64,000 nucleotides of DNA from contig DATMNL010000003.1 of assembly GCA_035568995.1 (NCBI GenBank), positions 55,828-119,827 of the forward strand. The letters run 5' to 3'. Origin of the DNA: Rhizomicrobium sp. (GTDB taxonomy: Bacteria; Pseudomonadota; Alphaproteobacteria; Micropepsales; Micropepsaceae). Below, piece after piece: positions 10,040-18,793 of this stretch (positions within the stretch are counted from its first letter, which is position 1; each line of letters opens with the position of its first letter). Made by a program: the position numbers and the translations under genes. The notes below the pieces were generated by a model that was given only the letters and a program-made list of their open reading frames with translations, was not told the origin of the DNA and ran no database searches.

Positions 10040-10737
10040 CGTTCCTGCGTTCCCTTTTGTTCATGATCTGGTTTGTCCTGCTGACCGCGGTGATGGGGAT
10101 TGTCTTCCTGCCGCTGCTGGCGCTGCCGCGCAAACTCACCGTCGCGATGGCAAGGCGCTGGGCAGGGGCGACGCTGTGGGGTCTCAAGGTCTTTTCCGGG
10201 ATCGACATGCGCGTGGCGGGCGTTGTGCCCCGGAGCGGCGTGTTGGTGGCGTCCAAGCATATGAGCATGTGGGATACGCTGGCGCTTTATATTGTGCTGG
10301 ACGATCCCGGCATTGTGCTTAAACGAGAACTTTTGCGCATCCCCTTTTACGGCTGGTACCTGGCAAAGGCCGCCGCGATCGCCATCGACCGCGATGCGGG
10401 CGCCGAAGCCTTGCGCCAGATGACCCGTGCCGCCATGAACGTGCTGGCCGAGGGCCGGCCCATCCTGATCTTTCCCGAAGGCACCCGCAAAAAACCGGGC
10501 GCGGCGCCGGACTACAAGCCCGGCGTGGCGGGACTTTATGCCCTCCTGAAAGTGGCATGCGCGCCGGCGGCGCTGGATTCCGGGCGTTATTGGCAGGGCT
10601 TCACCAAACGGCCCGGCACCATCCATCTTGAATTCCTGGAGGGTATTCCGCCCGGCCTCAGGCGCGGCGAATTCATGAATGTGTTGGAGGAACGCATCGA
10701 GACCGCCACCGCGGCGCTTTTGCGCAAATCGCCATGA
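10036..10737 (+). CDS. plsC: 1-acyl-sn-glycerol-3-phosphate acyltransferase (PlsC family)
   Basis: SKHMSMWD (HX4D), LKRELL, IFPEGTR. Confidence 0.88.
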   Translation: MTFLRSLLFMIWFVLLTAVMGIVFLPLLALPRKLTVAMARRWAGATLWGLKVFSGIDMRVAGVVPRSGVLVASKHMSMWDTLALYIVLDDPGIVLKRELLRIPFYGWYLAKAAAIAIDRDAGAEALRQMTRAAMNVLAEGRPILIFPEGTRKKPGAAPDYKPGVAGLYALLKVACAPAALDSGRYWQGFTKRPGTIHLEFLEGIPPGLRRGEFMNVLEERIETATAALLRKSP

Positions 10738-11273
10738 GCGACGAGGTCCAAGCGCCTGGCAGTTGCGGCGAATGCGTGGTGTGTTGCGAATGGCTGGACA
10801 TCGAGACCGAGGGACTGAGCAAGAAAGCGGGCGTGCTCTGCCATCATTGTCATGGCGGCGGCTGCGGCATTTATGAAACCCGCCCCAAACTGTGCCGGGG
10901 CTTTTTTTGCGGCTGGCGGCTCATTCCGAAGCTGGGGCCGGATTGGCGCCCCGACAAAAGCGGAGTGATGATCCTGGTGGTGGAGGAGCCGCCCAGGCAA
11001 TATTCCGGCGCGGCGACGGGATTCAATTTCGTGGTGCTGGGCGGCGAGCCGGCAATCCTGCGCCCAGGTTTTGTGGAATATGTCAGTCTTCTGGTATCGC
11101 GGCAGGTTGCGGTCTATCTTTCGGCCGACAGTCCCAAGACCCTGATCAACGACTATCTGGCTCCGCTGATCGCGGCGGGGGACGGAGCCGGGGTCACAAA
11201 AATGCTGCTGCACATCTATCATCTGCATCTGGAAGCCCGCAAAGCGGGCCTTGTCGCAAAGCCAATCTCATGA
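10734..11273 (+). CDS. CxxCxxCC cysteine-cluster protein (YkgJ-like), paralogue A
   Basis: CGECVVCC, CHHC, GCGIYETRPKLC..FFCGW; ATGA overlap with plsC. Confidence 0.7.
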   Translation: MSDEVQAPGSCGECVVCCEWLDIETEGLSKKAGVLCHHCHGGGCGIYETRPKLCRGFFCGWRLIPKLGPDWRPDKSGVMILVVEEPPRQYSGAATGFNFVVLGGEPAILRPGFVEYVSLLVSRQVAVYLSADSPKTLINDYLAPLIAAGDGAGVTKMLLHIYHLHLEARKAGLVAKPIS

Positions 11274-11324
11274 AGGCGCCAGACGGCAATTCACCCATTT
11301 CTGCGCCTGTGCTAAACCCGCGCC

Positions 11325-11879
11325 GTGACAAACGAACCCGTCTTCCAGAATAGCTGCGGCACCTGCATCGCCTGCTGCTATGCGCTCGAATTTCATGCAG
11401 AGGATGGCTATAACAAAAAAGCCGGCGACATGTGCCAGCACTGCACCGGCACCGGCTGCGGCGCCTATGAGACACGCTACAAATTGTGCCATCTGTTCAA
11501 CTGCGCCTGGCGGGGATTGCCGCAATTGGGCGAGGAGTGGCGGCCCGACAAAAGCGGCGTGATGATGCTGGAGGTGGTGGGCGACGAATTGCCCGAAATC
11601 TGCCGGGCATCCGGCGTGGGTTTGGAATTTCTGATCCTGACCGACGAGAGCGCGATTGAGCGGCCCGGCTTTGCCGAATATATCGCCACCCTGGTGTCGC
11701 GACGGGTGGCGGTTTTCTTAGGCTTGCCCGGCAGGCCCAAGACCGTGATCAACCAGTTCCTCGAGGATCATGTGGCGGCGAAGGACATTTCCGGCCTGAC
11801 CAAAATGCTGGTTCATATTTACAAGCTGCATCTGGAGGCCAAGCGGCTGGGATTTGACGTGCCGGAACGGGCGCCCTGA
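11325..11879 (+). CDS. CxxCxxCC cysteine-cluster protein (YkgJ-like), paralogue B
   Basis: CGTCIACC, CQHC, GCGAYETRYKLC..FNCAW; shares WRPDKSGVM, RPGF.EY...LVSR.VAV and TKML.HIY.LHLEA with paralogue A. Confidence 0.7.
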   Translation: MTNEPVFQNSCGTCIACCYALEFHAEDGYNKKAGDMCQHCTGTGCGAYETRYKLCHLFNCAWRGLPQLGEEWRPDKSGVMMLEVVGDELPEICRASGVGLEFLILTDESAIERPGFAEYIATLVSRRVAVFLGLPGRPKTVINQFLEDHVAAKDISGLTKMLVHIYKLHLEAKRLGFDVPERAP

Positions 11880-11963
11880 GCGATGGCGCGACAAATTATT
11901 GGCCTATGGACCTTCAACGAAGAAGGCCGGTGATGCCAAAAGACTTGGAAAAAGGCCAAAAAC

Positions 11964-12000
11964 AAAAAAAGCCCCCTGACTCGATTTTGAGTCAGAGGGC
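11964..12000 (-). terminator. Intrinsic terminator for leftward transcription
   Basis: Minus strand reads GCCCTCTGACTC-AAAATC-GAGTCAGGGGGC followed by T7. Confidence 0.8.
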
Positions 12001-12014
12001 GTTGGTATTATAAT
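11987..12014 (+). promoter_or_regulatory. Putative sigma70 promoter pointing into the 3' end of the DUF5343-like gene
   Basis: TTGAGT (11987-11992), 16-nt spacer, perfect TATAAT (12009-12014). Confidence 0.45.
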
Positions 12015-12157
12015 GCGGTCTTTCCGCATTGAGCATCACCTCAATCCTGTGCCGCCTGTGTGGACGGGTTAGAGGTTAGCGGGCGTTACCCGCCGGGATC
12101 AGGCTTCGGTGTTTGCGCACCGGGCCTGATTTCGTTTCTGGCGCTACGCACCGCCAG
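12012..12157. ncRNA. Candidate structured RNA (unknown family)
   Basis: Five hairpins in about 145 nt: 12012-12030, 12028-12045, 12079-12093, 12098-12130 (nested, followed by TTCGTTT) and 12138-12157. Confidence 0.35.
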
Positions 12158-12872
12158 TATTTTCCTTATCGGCCTGAGCCTGGGTAATGATGGGAATGCT
12201 GTAGTCCAACGTCACGCCAAACAGCGCGACGAACTTATCGCGCGTTTCCTTGGTCCATCCCGTGCCAGCAGGCGGGAGGCTTGCCATCAGGCCAGCGAGT
12301 GCAGGCGGCATGCCGGATTGCGCGCTCGCCTTCTCACGCGCCGTCGCGATCCATGAAAGCGGCTTCGCCGCCGGTGCCGAAATAGCACGAGCCCGAGGCT
12401 TCGCCGCCGCCGTGCGTGGCGTGGCCGACTTCTCAGCCCCCTTCTCGAGCTTGCGAACACCGGCGGCGGTGTACAGTCCGATATACAGCGTCACCATGCG
12501 AGGCTGCTGGCCGACAGGGTTATAGCTGCGGAAGGCATCGGAGATTGCGCCTTCGTCGGCGGTGGCGGGATCGATGAACGCCAACACATCGGCATACGCG
12601 GTGTTCAACCATTCGGTCAGCCGCTTTTGGAACTCAGGCTCCGGCGAGCGCCTCAGCCCTTCCAGGACCGGAGTCGGCGCGCCGTCGTCGGTAATCAGGT
12701 CAAGGACCCTCAGCGCCTGAAGGGTGCGGGGGATGAGGCTGTCGGAAATACCGGCGCGGCCAAGCACCTCGGCTGTGATCGGTGGGGGGAGTCCGCGCCG
12801 GAAGCGGTTCACCACCTCCATAATGGCGCTTGGCGGGGCATAGGGCGCTGAGGTGGCTGCTGTTACGGCCAT
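12144..12872 (-). CDS. DUF5343-like protein (probable nucleic-acid-binding helical protein) with low-complexity C-terminal linker
   Basis: APYAPPSAI...LGRAGISDSLIPRTLQALRVLDLITDDGAPT...AYADV...FRSY...RMVTLY; recalled similarity to DUF5343, not searched. Confidence 0.55.
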   Translation of the reverse strand: MAVTAATSAPYAPPSAIMEVVNRFRRGLPPPITAEVLGRAGISDSLIPRTLQALRVLDLITDDGAPTPVLEGLRRSPEPEFQKRLTEWLNTAYADVLAFIDPATADEGAISDAFRSYNPVGQQPRMVTLYIGLYTAAGVRKLEKGAEKSATPRTAAAKPRARAISAPAAKPLSWIATAREKASAQSGMPPALAGLMASLPPAGTGWTKETRDKFVALFGVTLDYSIPIITQAQADKENTGGA

Positions 12873-12890
12873 GAACGAGCCTTTCTAGCG

Positions 12891-12912
12891 TGTTACATTT
12901 CTCAATGTAACA
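12891..12912. promoter_or_regulatory. Perfect palindromic operator upstream of the DUF5343-like gene
   Basis: TGTTACATT-TCTC-AATGTAACA, 18 nt before the ATG; overlaps a minus-strand TTGTGT-N16-TACATT promoter-like motif. Confidence 0.6.
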
Positions 12913-12968
12913 ACTGTTTTAAAAAACACAAGCTGTTTTCGTTCTATATTTGCCTCCAGTTACACTAC

Positions 12969-12981
12969 TAAGTTATTGATA
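12969..12981 (-). promoter_or_regulatory. IHF-consensus site
   Basis: Minus strand TATCAA-TAAC-TTA matches WATCAANNNNTTR, in AT-rich DNA. Confidence 0.45.
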
Positions 12982-13320
12982 ATACTTACATTTATAATAT
13001 GCCGTCATATACTCACAAGGACAGCGAAGAAAAAAATGAACCGAATATGCGAATATTGCAACAGATGGAGCCGGAATTGATCGGCCGGAAATATGGTGGC
13101 TAGATTGCCATCGCGCCAAGGGGTGCCGCGATTCGTATCGCAGTGACAGCCGATTTCGAATCTGAGGCGAGCAAGAAGTTCGCTCAATCGCTCGCGCGCT
13201 GGATTGAAAACCCATCTGCCAATCTGTTACCTATATCACTGTTTTATGGAGATAATATTGGTTTTCGATTCAGAGGAAGGATATAGAAGCGAAGTATATA
13301 AATCCCCAAAAACCGCTATG

Positions 13321-13335
13321 GAACGTTAATAGAAC
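13321..13335 (+). promoter_or_regulatory. Putative alphaproteobacterial LexA (SOS) box upstream of nrdJ
   Basis: GAAC-GTTAATA-GAAC matches GAAC-N7-GAAC, about 70 nt before the nrdJ start. Confidence 0.5.
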
Positions 13336-13406
13336 AGTTGCCATATTAGCCCGCTAACCTGGCTCAAGGCCGGCCCGGCGACCGGCCGGCGGGAACCGTT
13401 TGACGT

Positions 13407-15743
13407 ATGAATGATATCCTGGCGATGAGCGAAATATCCGACCAGATCTGGGACATGAAATACCGCTTCAAGGCGCCTGATGGCGCGGGCGACCGGGACA
13501 TCGCCGACAGCTGGGCGCGTGTCGCCTATGCCCTGAGCGAGGCTGAACCGGGCCCCACGCGCCTGGCCCATGCCGGGGAATTCGCCCATGCCCTGGCGGG
13601 CCACAAATTCCTTCCCGCCGGACGGATCCTGGCGGGGGCGGGCACCGGCCGCGCCGTGACGCTGTTCAACTGTTTTGTGATGGGCACCATCCCCGATTCC
13701 ATGGAGGGCATCTTCAGCGCTTTGCGCGAAGCCGCCCTCACCCTGCAGCAGGGCGGCGGTATCGGCTATGACTTTTCCACCCTGCGTCCCAAGGGCGCGC
13801 CGGTCAAAGGCGTGGGCGCGGACGCATCGGGGCCGGTTTCCTTCATGGAAGTGTGGGACGCGATGTGCCGCACCATCATGAGCGCCGGTGCGCGGCGCGG
13901 CGCGATGATGGCGACCCTGGCCTGCGATCATCCCGACATCGAGGAGTTCATTGACGCCAAGCGGACGGCGGGCCGGCTTTCCAATTTCAATCTTTCGGTG
14001 CTGGTGAGCGACGCTTTCATGGCGGCGGTGAAGAATGATGGCGACTGGACGCTGAAATTCGGCGGCAAAGATTACCGCACCCTCAAGGCACGCTTGCTGT
14101 GGGACCGCATCATGCGCTCGACCTATGATTATGCCGAACCCGGCGTGATCTTCATCGACCGCATCAACAGCCAGAACAATCTTTCCTATTGCGAAACCAT
14201 CGCCGCCACCAATCCCTGCGGCGAACAGCCTTTACCGCCCTATGGCGCCTGCCTCTTGGGTTCCATCAACCTGGCCAAGCTGGTGCGGCTGCCCTTTGAG
14301 GACGATGCGCGGCTGGACCTGGACGAGCTCACCCGGTTGACCACCGTAGCGATCCGCATGCTGGACAATGCGATCGACGTCTCGCGCTTTCCCCTGGACG
14401 CGCAAAGGCAGGAAGCCTTTGCCAAGCGCCGGATCGGGCTGGGCGTTACCGGCCTGGCCGACGCCCTGATCTTCTGCAAGGCCCGCTATGGCTCGGCGGA
14501 AAGCATCGCCCTGATCCAGAGCTGGCTTTCCACCCTGAGCCACGCCGCCTATCGCGCCTCGGTGGCGATCGCGCGGGAAAAAGGCGCTTTCCCGCTGTTC
14601 GACCGCGACGCCTATCTGGCCCGGCCCCATATCCAGGCGCTGCCGCCGGATATTTTCCAGGACATCGCGCAATACGGCATTCGCAACGCGTTGCTGACGT
14701 CTATCGCCCCCACCGGAACGATCTCGCTGTTCGCCGACAATGTTTCCAGCGGCGTCGAGCCGGTCTTCGCCCTTGCCTATAGCCGCAAGGTGCTGCAGGC
14801 GGACGGCAGCAGGAGCGAAGAGGTGGTGGAGGACTACGCCTTGCGCAAATTCCATGTGCGCTTTGGCGCCAATGCCGCGCTGCCCGATTATTTCGTCACC
14901 GCCCAGAATCTGAGTCCGGCCGATCATTTGGCGGTGCAGGCCGCCGCCCAGCCCTTTATCGACTCGGCGATTTCCAAGACCATCAATGTGCCGCGCGAAA
15001 TTTCCTTTACGGACTTCGAGAATGTCTATCGCCAGGCCTACGAAAAGGGTTGCAAGGGTTGCACCACCTATCGGCCCAACGAGGTGACCGGTTCGGTGCT
15101 TTCCGCGACGCCTGCGTTCGAGGAGCCGAGGGACGCGGTGCCCGCGGAAGCCGCCATCAGCGATGAGCCGGAATTGCCGCTGCCCCTGCCGGAACCCCGG
15201 AATAATGGGCCGCGCATGGTACGCGGCGATGTGGTGTATATGACCAAGCCGCTGGACCGGCCGGAGACGCTGCTGGGCCGCACCTACAAGATCAAATGGC
15301 TGGAAAGCGATCACGCCTTCTACATCACCATCAACGATATCGAGAAAGACGGCCGCCGCCGGCCCTTCGAGGTCTTCATCAATTCCAAGAACATGGAAGC
15401 CTATGCCTGGGCGCTGGCCTTGACGCGGATGATATCGGCGGTGTTCCGGCGCGGCGGCGATGTGTCCTTTGTGGTGGATGAATTGAAGGCGATTTTCGAT
15501 CCACGCGGCGGCCAATGGATGGGCGGGCGTTATGTGCCCTCGCTCCTGGCCGCCATCGGCGAGGTCATCGAGCGGCACATGATCGAGATCGGTTTCATGG
15601 GCATGCGCCGGCCCACGCCCAAGACAGCCATGCCGCGGGAGGGCGCGCCGGCCAATTTTTGTCCGCGCTGCGGCGAAGCCAGCTTTGTGCATATCGAAGG
15701 CTGCGATTCCTGCTTGTCCTGCGGCTATTCCAAATGCGGCTGA
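13407..15743 (+). CDS. nrdJ: Class II (adenosylcobalamin-dependent) ribonucleotide reductase with C-terminal TSCPD and Zn-ribbon domains
   Basis: FLPAGRILAGAG, TLFNCFV, GGGIGYDFS, RRGAMM, TNPCGEQPLPPYGACLLGSINL, SIAPTGTIS, SISKTINVP-like, KGCTTYR, CP.CG...EGC..C..CGYSKC. Confidence 0.95.
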   Translation: MNDILAMSEISDQIWDMKYRFKAPDGAGDRDIADSWARVAYALSEAEPGPTRLAHAGEFAHALAGHKFLPAGRILAGAGTGRAVTLFNCFVMGTIPDSMEGIFSALREAALTLQQGGGIGYDFSTLRPKGAPVKGVGADASGPVSFMEVWDAMCRTIMSAGARRGAMMATLACDHPDIEEFIDAKRTAGRLSNFNLSVLVSDAFMAAVKNDGDWTLKFGGKDYRTLKARLLWDRIMRSTYDYAEPGVIFIDRINSQNNLSYCETIAATNPCGEQPLPPYGACLLGSINLAKLVRLPFEDDARLDLDELTRLTTVAIRMLDNAIDVSRFPLDAQRQEAFAKRRIGLGVTGLADALIFCKARYGSAESIALIQSWLSTLSHAAYRASVAIAREKGAFPLFDRDAYLARPHIQALPPDIFQDIAQYGIRNALLTSIAPTGTISLFADNVSSGVEPVFALAYSRKVLQADGSRSEEVVEDYALRKFHVRFGANAALPDYFVTAQNLSPADHLAVQAAAQPFIDSAISKTINVPREISFTDFENVYRQAYEKGCKGCTTYRPNEVTGSVLSATPAFEEPRDAVPAEAAISDEPELPLPLPEPRNNGPRMVRGDVVYMTKPLDRPETLLGRTYKIKWLESDHAFYITINDIEKDGRRRPFEVFINSKNMEAYAWALALTRMISAVFRRGGDVSFVVDELKAIFDPRGGQWMGGRYVPSLLAAIGEVIERHMIEIGFMGMRRPTPKTAMPREGAPANFCPRCGEASFVHIEGCDSCLSCGYSKCG

Positions 15744-15834
15744 CATTTTTTATGGTCGCGCGCCCCAACGGAAAACCGCGGATGTCATTGTGTTTAACCC
15801 GTCGCCACCGCACTTTTCCGGGTCGGCGCTCCCG

Positions 15835-16671
15835 ATGAACTATTCCTCCCGCTTCTGGCTGTTCGCGCCGCTGGCGCTGCTGTTCGCCCTGGCCGCCTGG
15901 GCGATGGCGCATTGGTGGGTGGTCGCTGGCGTGGTGGAGAAAAATCTCAACGCCCTGAACGGCCATCAGGCGGTGCCGGGGATCAGCATTTCCTATGCCG
16001 CCAAGACCATCTCGGGCTTTCCCTTTAACATCGATGTGGTGTTCACCGGTTTCGCGGTGCAGGGCCAGGGCGCGCATGGCCCGTTCCGCTGGACAACCGA
16101 GAAATTCGCCCTGCATCGGCTGACCTATGGTCCCGCCCAGGACATTTACGAGGCGGCGGGCAACCAAAGCCTGGGCTGGACGGATGGCGGCGGCAAAAGC
16201 CATGTCCTGAAATTCCTGCCGGGCTCGCTGCGCGCCAGCACGGTCAGCGATGGGCGCGGCCTCGCCCGCTTCGACCTGGATGTGGTGGCGGCGGGCGGCA
16301 GCGATACACAGGGCCTGCCCTTTACGGCGGCGCGGACGCAATTTCATCTGCGCCGCGATCCCAAGACCGATGCCCTGGATCTGATGGTCAAGGCCGAGGA
16401 CGTCAAAAGCGGCGGAAATATCGCCGGCCGAATGTTTGGCGATCACATCAAAAACCTGACTTTGTACGCCACCCTGACGCAGGGAGAATCCTTTGCGCCG
16501 CTGCTGGCGGGGACGGCATCGTGGGCGGAAGCGGTAGCGGATTGGCGCGCCAAGGGCGGCCAGACGGCGATCGGACCGGTGGCGATTTCCTCCTCCGGCC
16601 TCAATCTGACCGCCAATGCCTTCAGCGACACCGGCGCCGATCTCACCGGGTTGCTGAATCCGCTTTATTGA
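15835..16671 (+). CDS. DUF2125-like exported protein
   Basis: N-terminal TM, ISGFPFNIDV motif; position next to tyrA typical of alphaproteobacteria. Confidence 0.55.
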   Translation: MNYSSRFWLFAPLALLFALAAWAMAHWWVVAGVVEKNLNALNGHQAVPGISISYAAKTISGFPFNIDVVFTGFAVQGQGAHGPFRWTTEKFALHRLTYGPAQDIYEAAGNQSLGWTDGGGKSHVLKFLPGSLRASTVSDGRGLARFDLDVVAAGGSDTQGLPFTAARTQFHLRRDPKTDALDLMVKAEDVKSGGNIAGRMFGDHIKNLTLYATLTQGESFAPLLAGTASWAEAVADWRAKGGQTAIGPVAISSSGLNLTANAFSDTGADLTGLLNPLY

Positions 16672-16736
16672 GTTGCCTAGCAGCAGCGTAGGCAACCGCG
16701 CGGCCAACGCAAAACGTGGCGCTACGCTGACGCTAG
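16672..16736. repeat. REP-like repeat pair, family CTAGC(GA/AG/GT)CAGCGTAG
   Basis: GTTGCCTAG-CAGCAGCG-TAGGCAAC hairpin at 16672-16696 and an inverted core at 16722-16736; same core at 23211-23225 and 25003-25017. Confidence 0.7.
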
Positions 16737-16763
16737 CCACCACACTATTGCTGGCCGACGCTT

Positions 16764-17675
16764 CTATTGATCTTTTTTATCGCGGCCGAAATTGGGGGCG
16801 GCGGTGTCCTGACCGGCGCTGATGATGGAACGGCGTATCGCGCGGGTCTGGGTGAAGAGATCGAACAGCGCCTGGCCATTGCCATCGCGCACCCAGCGCT
16901 GCAGCCGGCTGAGATCCTCGTTGAAGCGGCCCAGAACTTCCAGCACCGCTTCCCGGTTGTTGAGGAAGATGTCGCGCCACATGGTGGGATCGGAGGCGGC
17001 GATGCGGGTGAAATCGCGAAAGCCGCTGGCGGAAAATTTGATCACTTCGCCTTCGGTCACCTGTTCCAGGTCATGCGCCGTGCCCACAATATTGTAGGCG
17101 ATCAGGTGGGGGACGTGGCTGGTCATCGCCAGCACCAGATCATGATGGGCGATTTCCATCACCTCCACCTGGGCGCCGCAGCCCTGCCAGAATTTTTTCA
17201 GATTTTGCACGGCGCTCCCGTCCGCGCCCGGTAGCGGCGTCAGGATGGTCCAGCGCCCATCAAACAGGCTGGCGAAACCAGCTTCGGGGCCGGAAAATTC
17301 GGTGCCGGCGATGGGATGGGCGGGAATAAAATGGACGGATTTGGGCACGAAGGGCGCCACGTCCCGGACCACCGCGCCCTTGACCGAACCGACATCGGTC
17401 AGGATCGCCCCGGCCTTCAGATGCGGCGCGATGGCCTCCGCCAGATTTTTGTAAGCCCCGATCGGAGTGGAGAGGATGACCAGATCGGCGTCCCGGACGG
17501 CGTCTTCGGCCGTCGGCGCGATGGCATCGGTGAAGCCGAGTTTGGCGGCGCGGGCGCGCACATCCTCGCTGATGTCGAAGCCGGCGATCTCACCGGCCAA
17601 CTTGCCGCGCTTTGTCGCGTGACCGATAGAAGAACCGATCAGGCCAAGGCCGATAATGGCAACCTTGTTGAACAT
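16764..17675 (-). CDS. tyrA: Prephenate/arogenate (cyclohexadienyl) dehydrogenase
   Basis: IIGLGLIGSS, TDVGSVK, HPIAGTE, HHDLVLAMTSHVPHL, SGFRDFTRIAASDPTMWRDI. Confidence 0.92.
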   Translation of the reverse strand: MFNKVAIIGLGLIGSSIGHATKRGKLAGEIAGFDISEDVRARAAKLGFTDAIAPTAEDAVRDADLVILSTPIGAYKNLAEAIAPHLKAGAILTDVGSVKGAVVRDVAPFVPKSVHFIPAHPIAGTEFSGPEAGFASLFDGRWTILTPLPGADGSAVQNLKKFWQGCGAQVEVMEIAHHDLVLAMTSHVPHLIAYNIVGTAHDLEQVTEGEVIKFSASGFRDFTRIAASDPTMWRDIFLNNREAVLEVLGRFNEDLSRLQRWVRDGNGQALFDLFTQTRAIRRSIISAGQDTAAPNFGRDKKDQ

Positions 17676-18793
17676 TATTGCCCCATGAATTCCCGGAGCG
17701 CCGCCGCCACCAGCTGGTTGGCTTCGGCGGTCCCCACCGTCAGGCGCAAGGCATCGGGCAGGCCGTAACTGCCCATCGCGCGCAGGATCAGGCCGCGCGA
17801 CATCAGAAACGCATCGGCGGCTTTGGCGTCCCTGGCGCCCTCCGAAAAATGGATCAGCACAAAATTGGCGGCGCTGTCATCCACCCGAAGACCGGTCTTG
17901 CGGACCTCCTCTGTCAGCCAGGCGCGCCATTGGCGGTTATGCGCCTGGGCACGTGCGATATGGGCGCGATCCCGGATCGCCGCCGCGCCGACACGCGCCT
18001 GGAGCGAGCCGACATTGAAAGGGCCGCGAATACGGTTGAGTATTTCAATCACGGCGGCGGGGGCATAAGCCCAGCCGATGCGCAGGCCCGCCAGGCCATG
18101 AATCTTGGAAAAAGTGCGGGTCATCACCACATTGTCCGAGGCGGTGACCAGCGCGGCGCCGTCTTCATAGTCTTCCGCATCAACATATTCGCTATAGGCA
18201 GAATCGATCACCAGCAGAACATTGGAAGGCAAACCCTTATGCAGGCGGCGCAGTTCATCGCTTGTGAGATAGGATCCGGTGGGATTGTTGGGATTGGCAA
18301 TATAGACCAGGCGGGTGCGTGGGGTGACGGCGGCCAGCATGGCGTCCACATCCACCTTGATGGCGCGGTTGGTGACGCGTTCCGGCACGATCACCGGTTT
18401 GGCGCTGTTGGCCCGGGCGGCGATTTCATAAAGCAAGAAAGCATGCTGGGAAAAAACCACTTCATCGCCGGGGGTGAGATAGGCCGCGGCCAGCATACTG
18501 AGAAGCGGGCCCGATCCTTCACCGCCGCAAATGATACGGGCCGGATCCAATCCCAGCTCCTCGCCGATGGCTTCGCGTAGAATACGGGCCGAGCTTTCCG
18601 GATAGATGCCGGCATCCGCGGCGATGGTCTTCATGGCTTCCAGCGCGGCGGGGCCCGGGCCGAAAGGGCTTTCATTGGCGGACAGTTTCCAGATCTCGGC
18701 CACCTTGCCGGGCACGGCGGAGCGCCCGCCGACATAGGGCGAGATGTCCAGAATGCCTGGCCTAGGCGCAGGGTTCATGGGCGAAGGCGTCAT
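17675..18793 (-). CDS. hisC: Histidinol-phosphate aminotransferase
   Basis: KLSANESPFGP, NPNNPTG, DSAYSEY, TRTFSKIHGLAGLRIGW; start at ATG 18793 with GGAG RBS. Confidence 0.93.
   Translation of the reverse strand: MTPSPMNPAPRPGILDISPYVGGRSAVPGKVAEIWKLSANESPFGPGPAALEAMKTIAADAGIYPESSARILREAIGEELGLDPARIICGGEGSGPLLSMLAAAYLTPGDEVVFSQHAFLLYEIAARANSAKPVIVPERVTNRAIKVDVDAMLAAVTPRTRLVYIANPNNPTGSYLTSDELRRLHKGLPSNVLLVIDSAYSEYVDAEDYEDGAALVTASDNVVMTRTFSKIHGLAGLRIGWAYAPAAVIEILNRIRGPFNVGSLQARVGAAAIRDRAHIARAQAHNRQWRAWLTEEVRKTGLRVDDSAANFVLIHFSEGARDAKAADAFLMSRGLILRAMGSYGLPDALRLTVGTAEANQLVAAALREFMGQ

Noticed and set aside
12060-12356. 98-aa + strand ORF across the hairpin region
   Set aside because: GTG start without an RBS, overlaps the DUF5343-like gene antisense, and looks like non-coding translation
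13295-13330. dif-like site (…TATGGAAC…)
   Set aside because: Only part of a XerD-like arm matches; the XerC arm and spacing do not fit
13000-13406. Cobalamin riboswitch or NrdR boxes upstream of nrdJ
   Set aside because: No B12-box and no convincing ACACxATATxTxGTG-type palindrome
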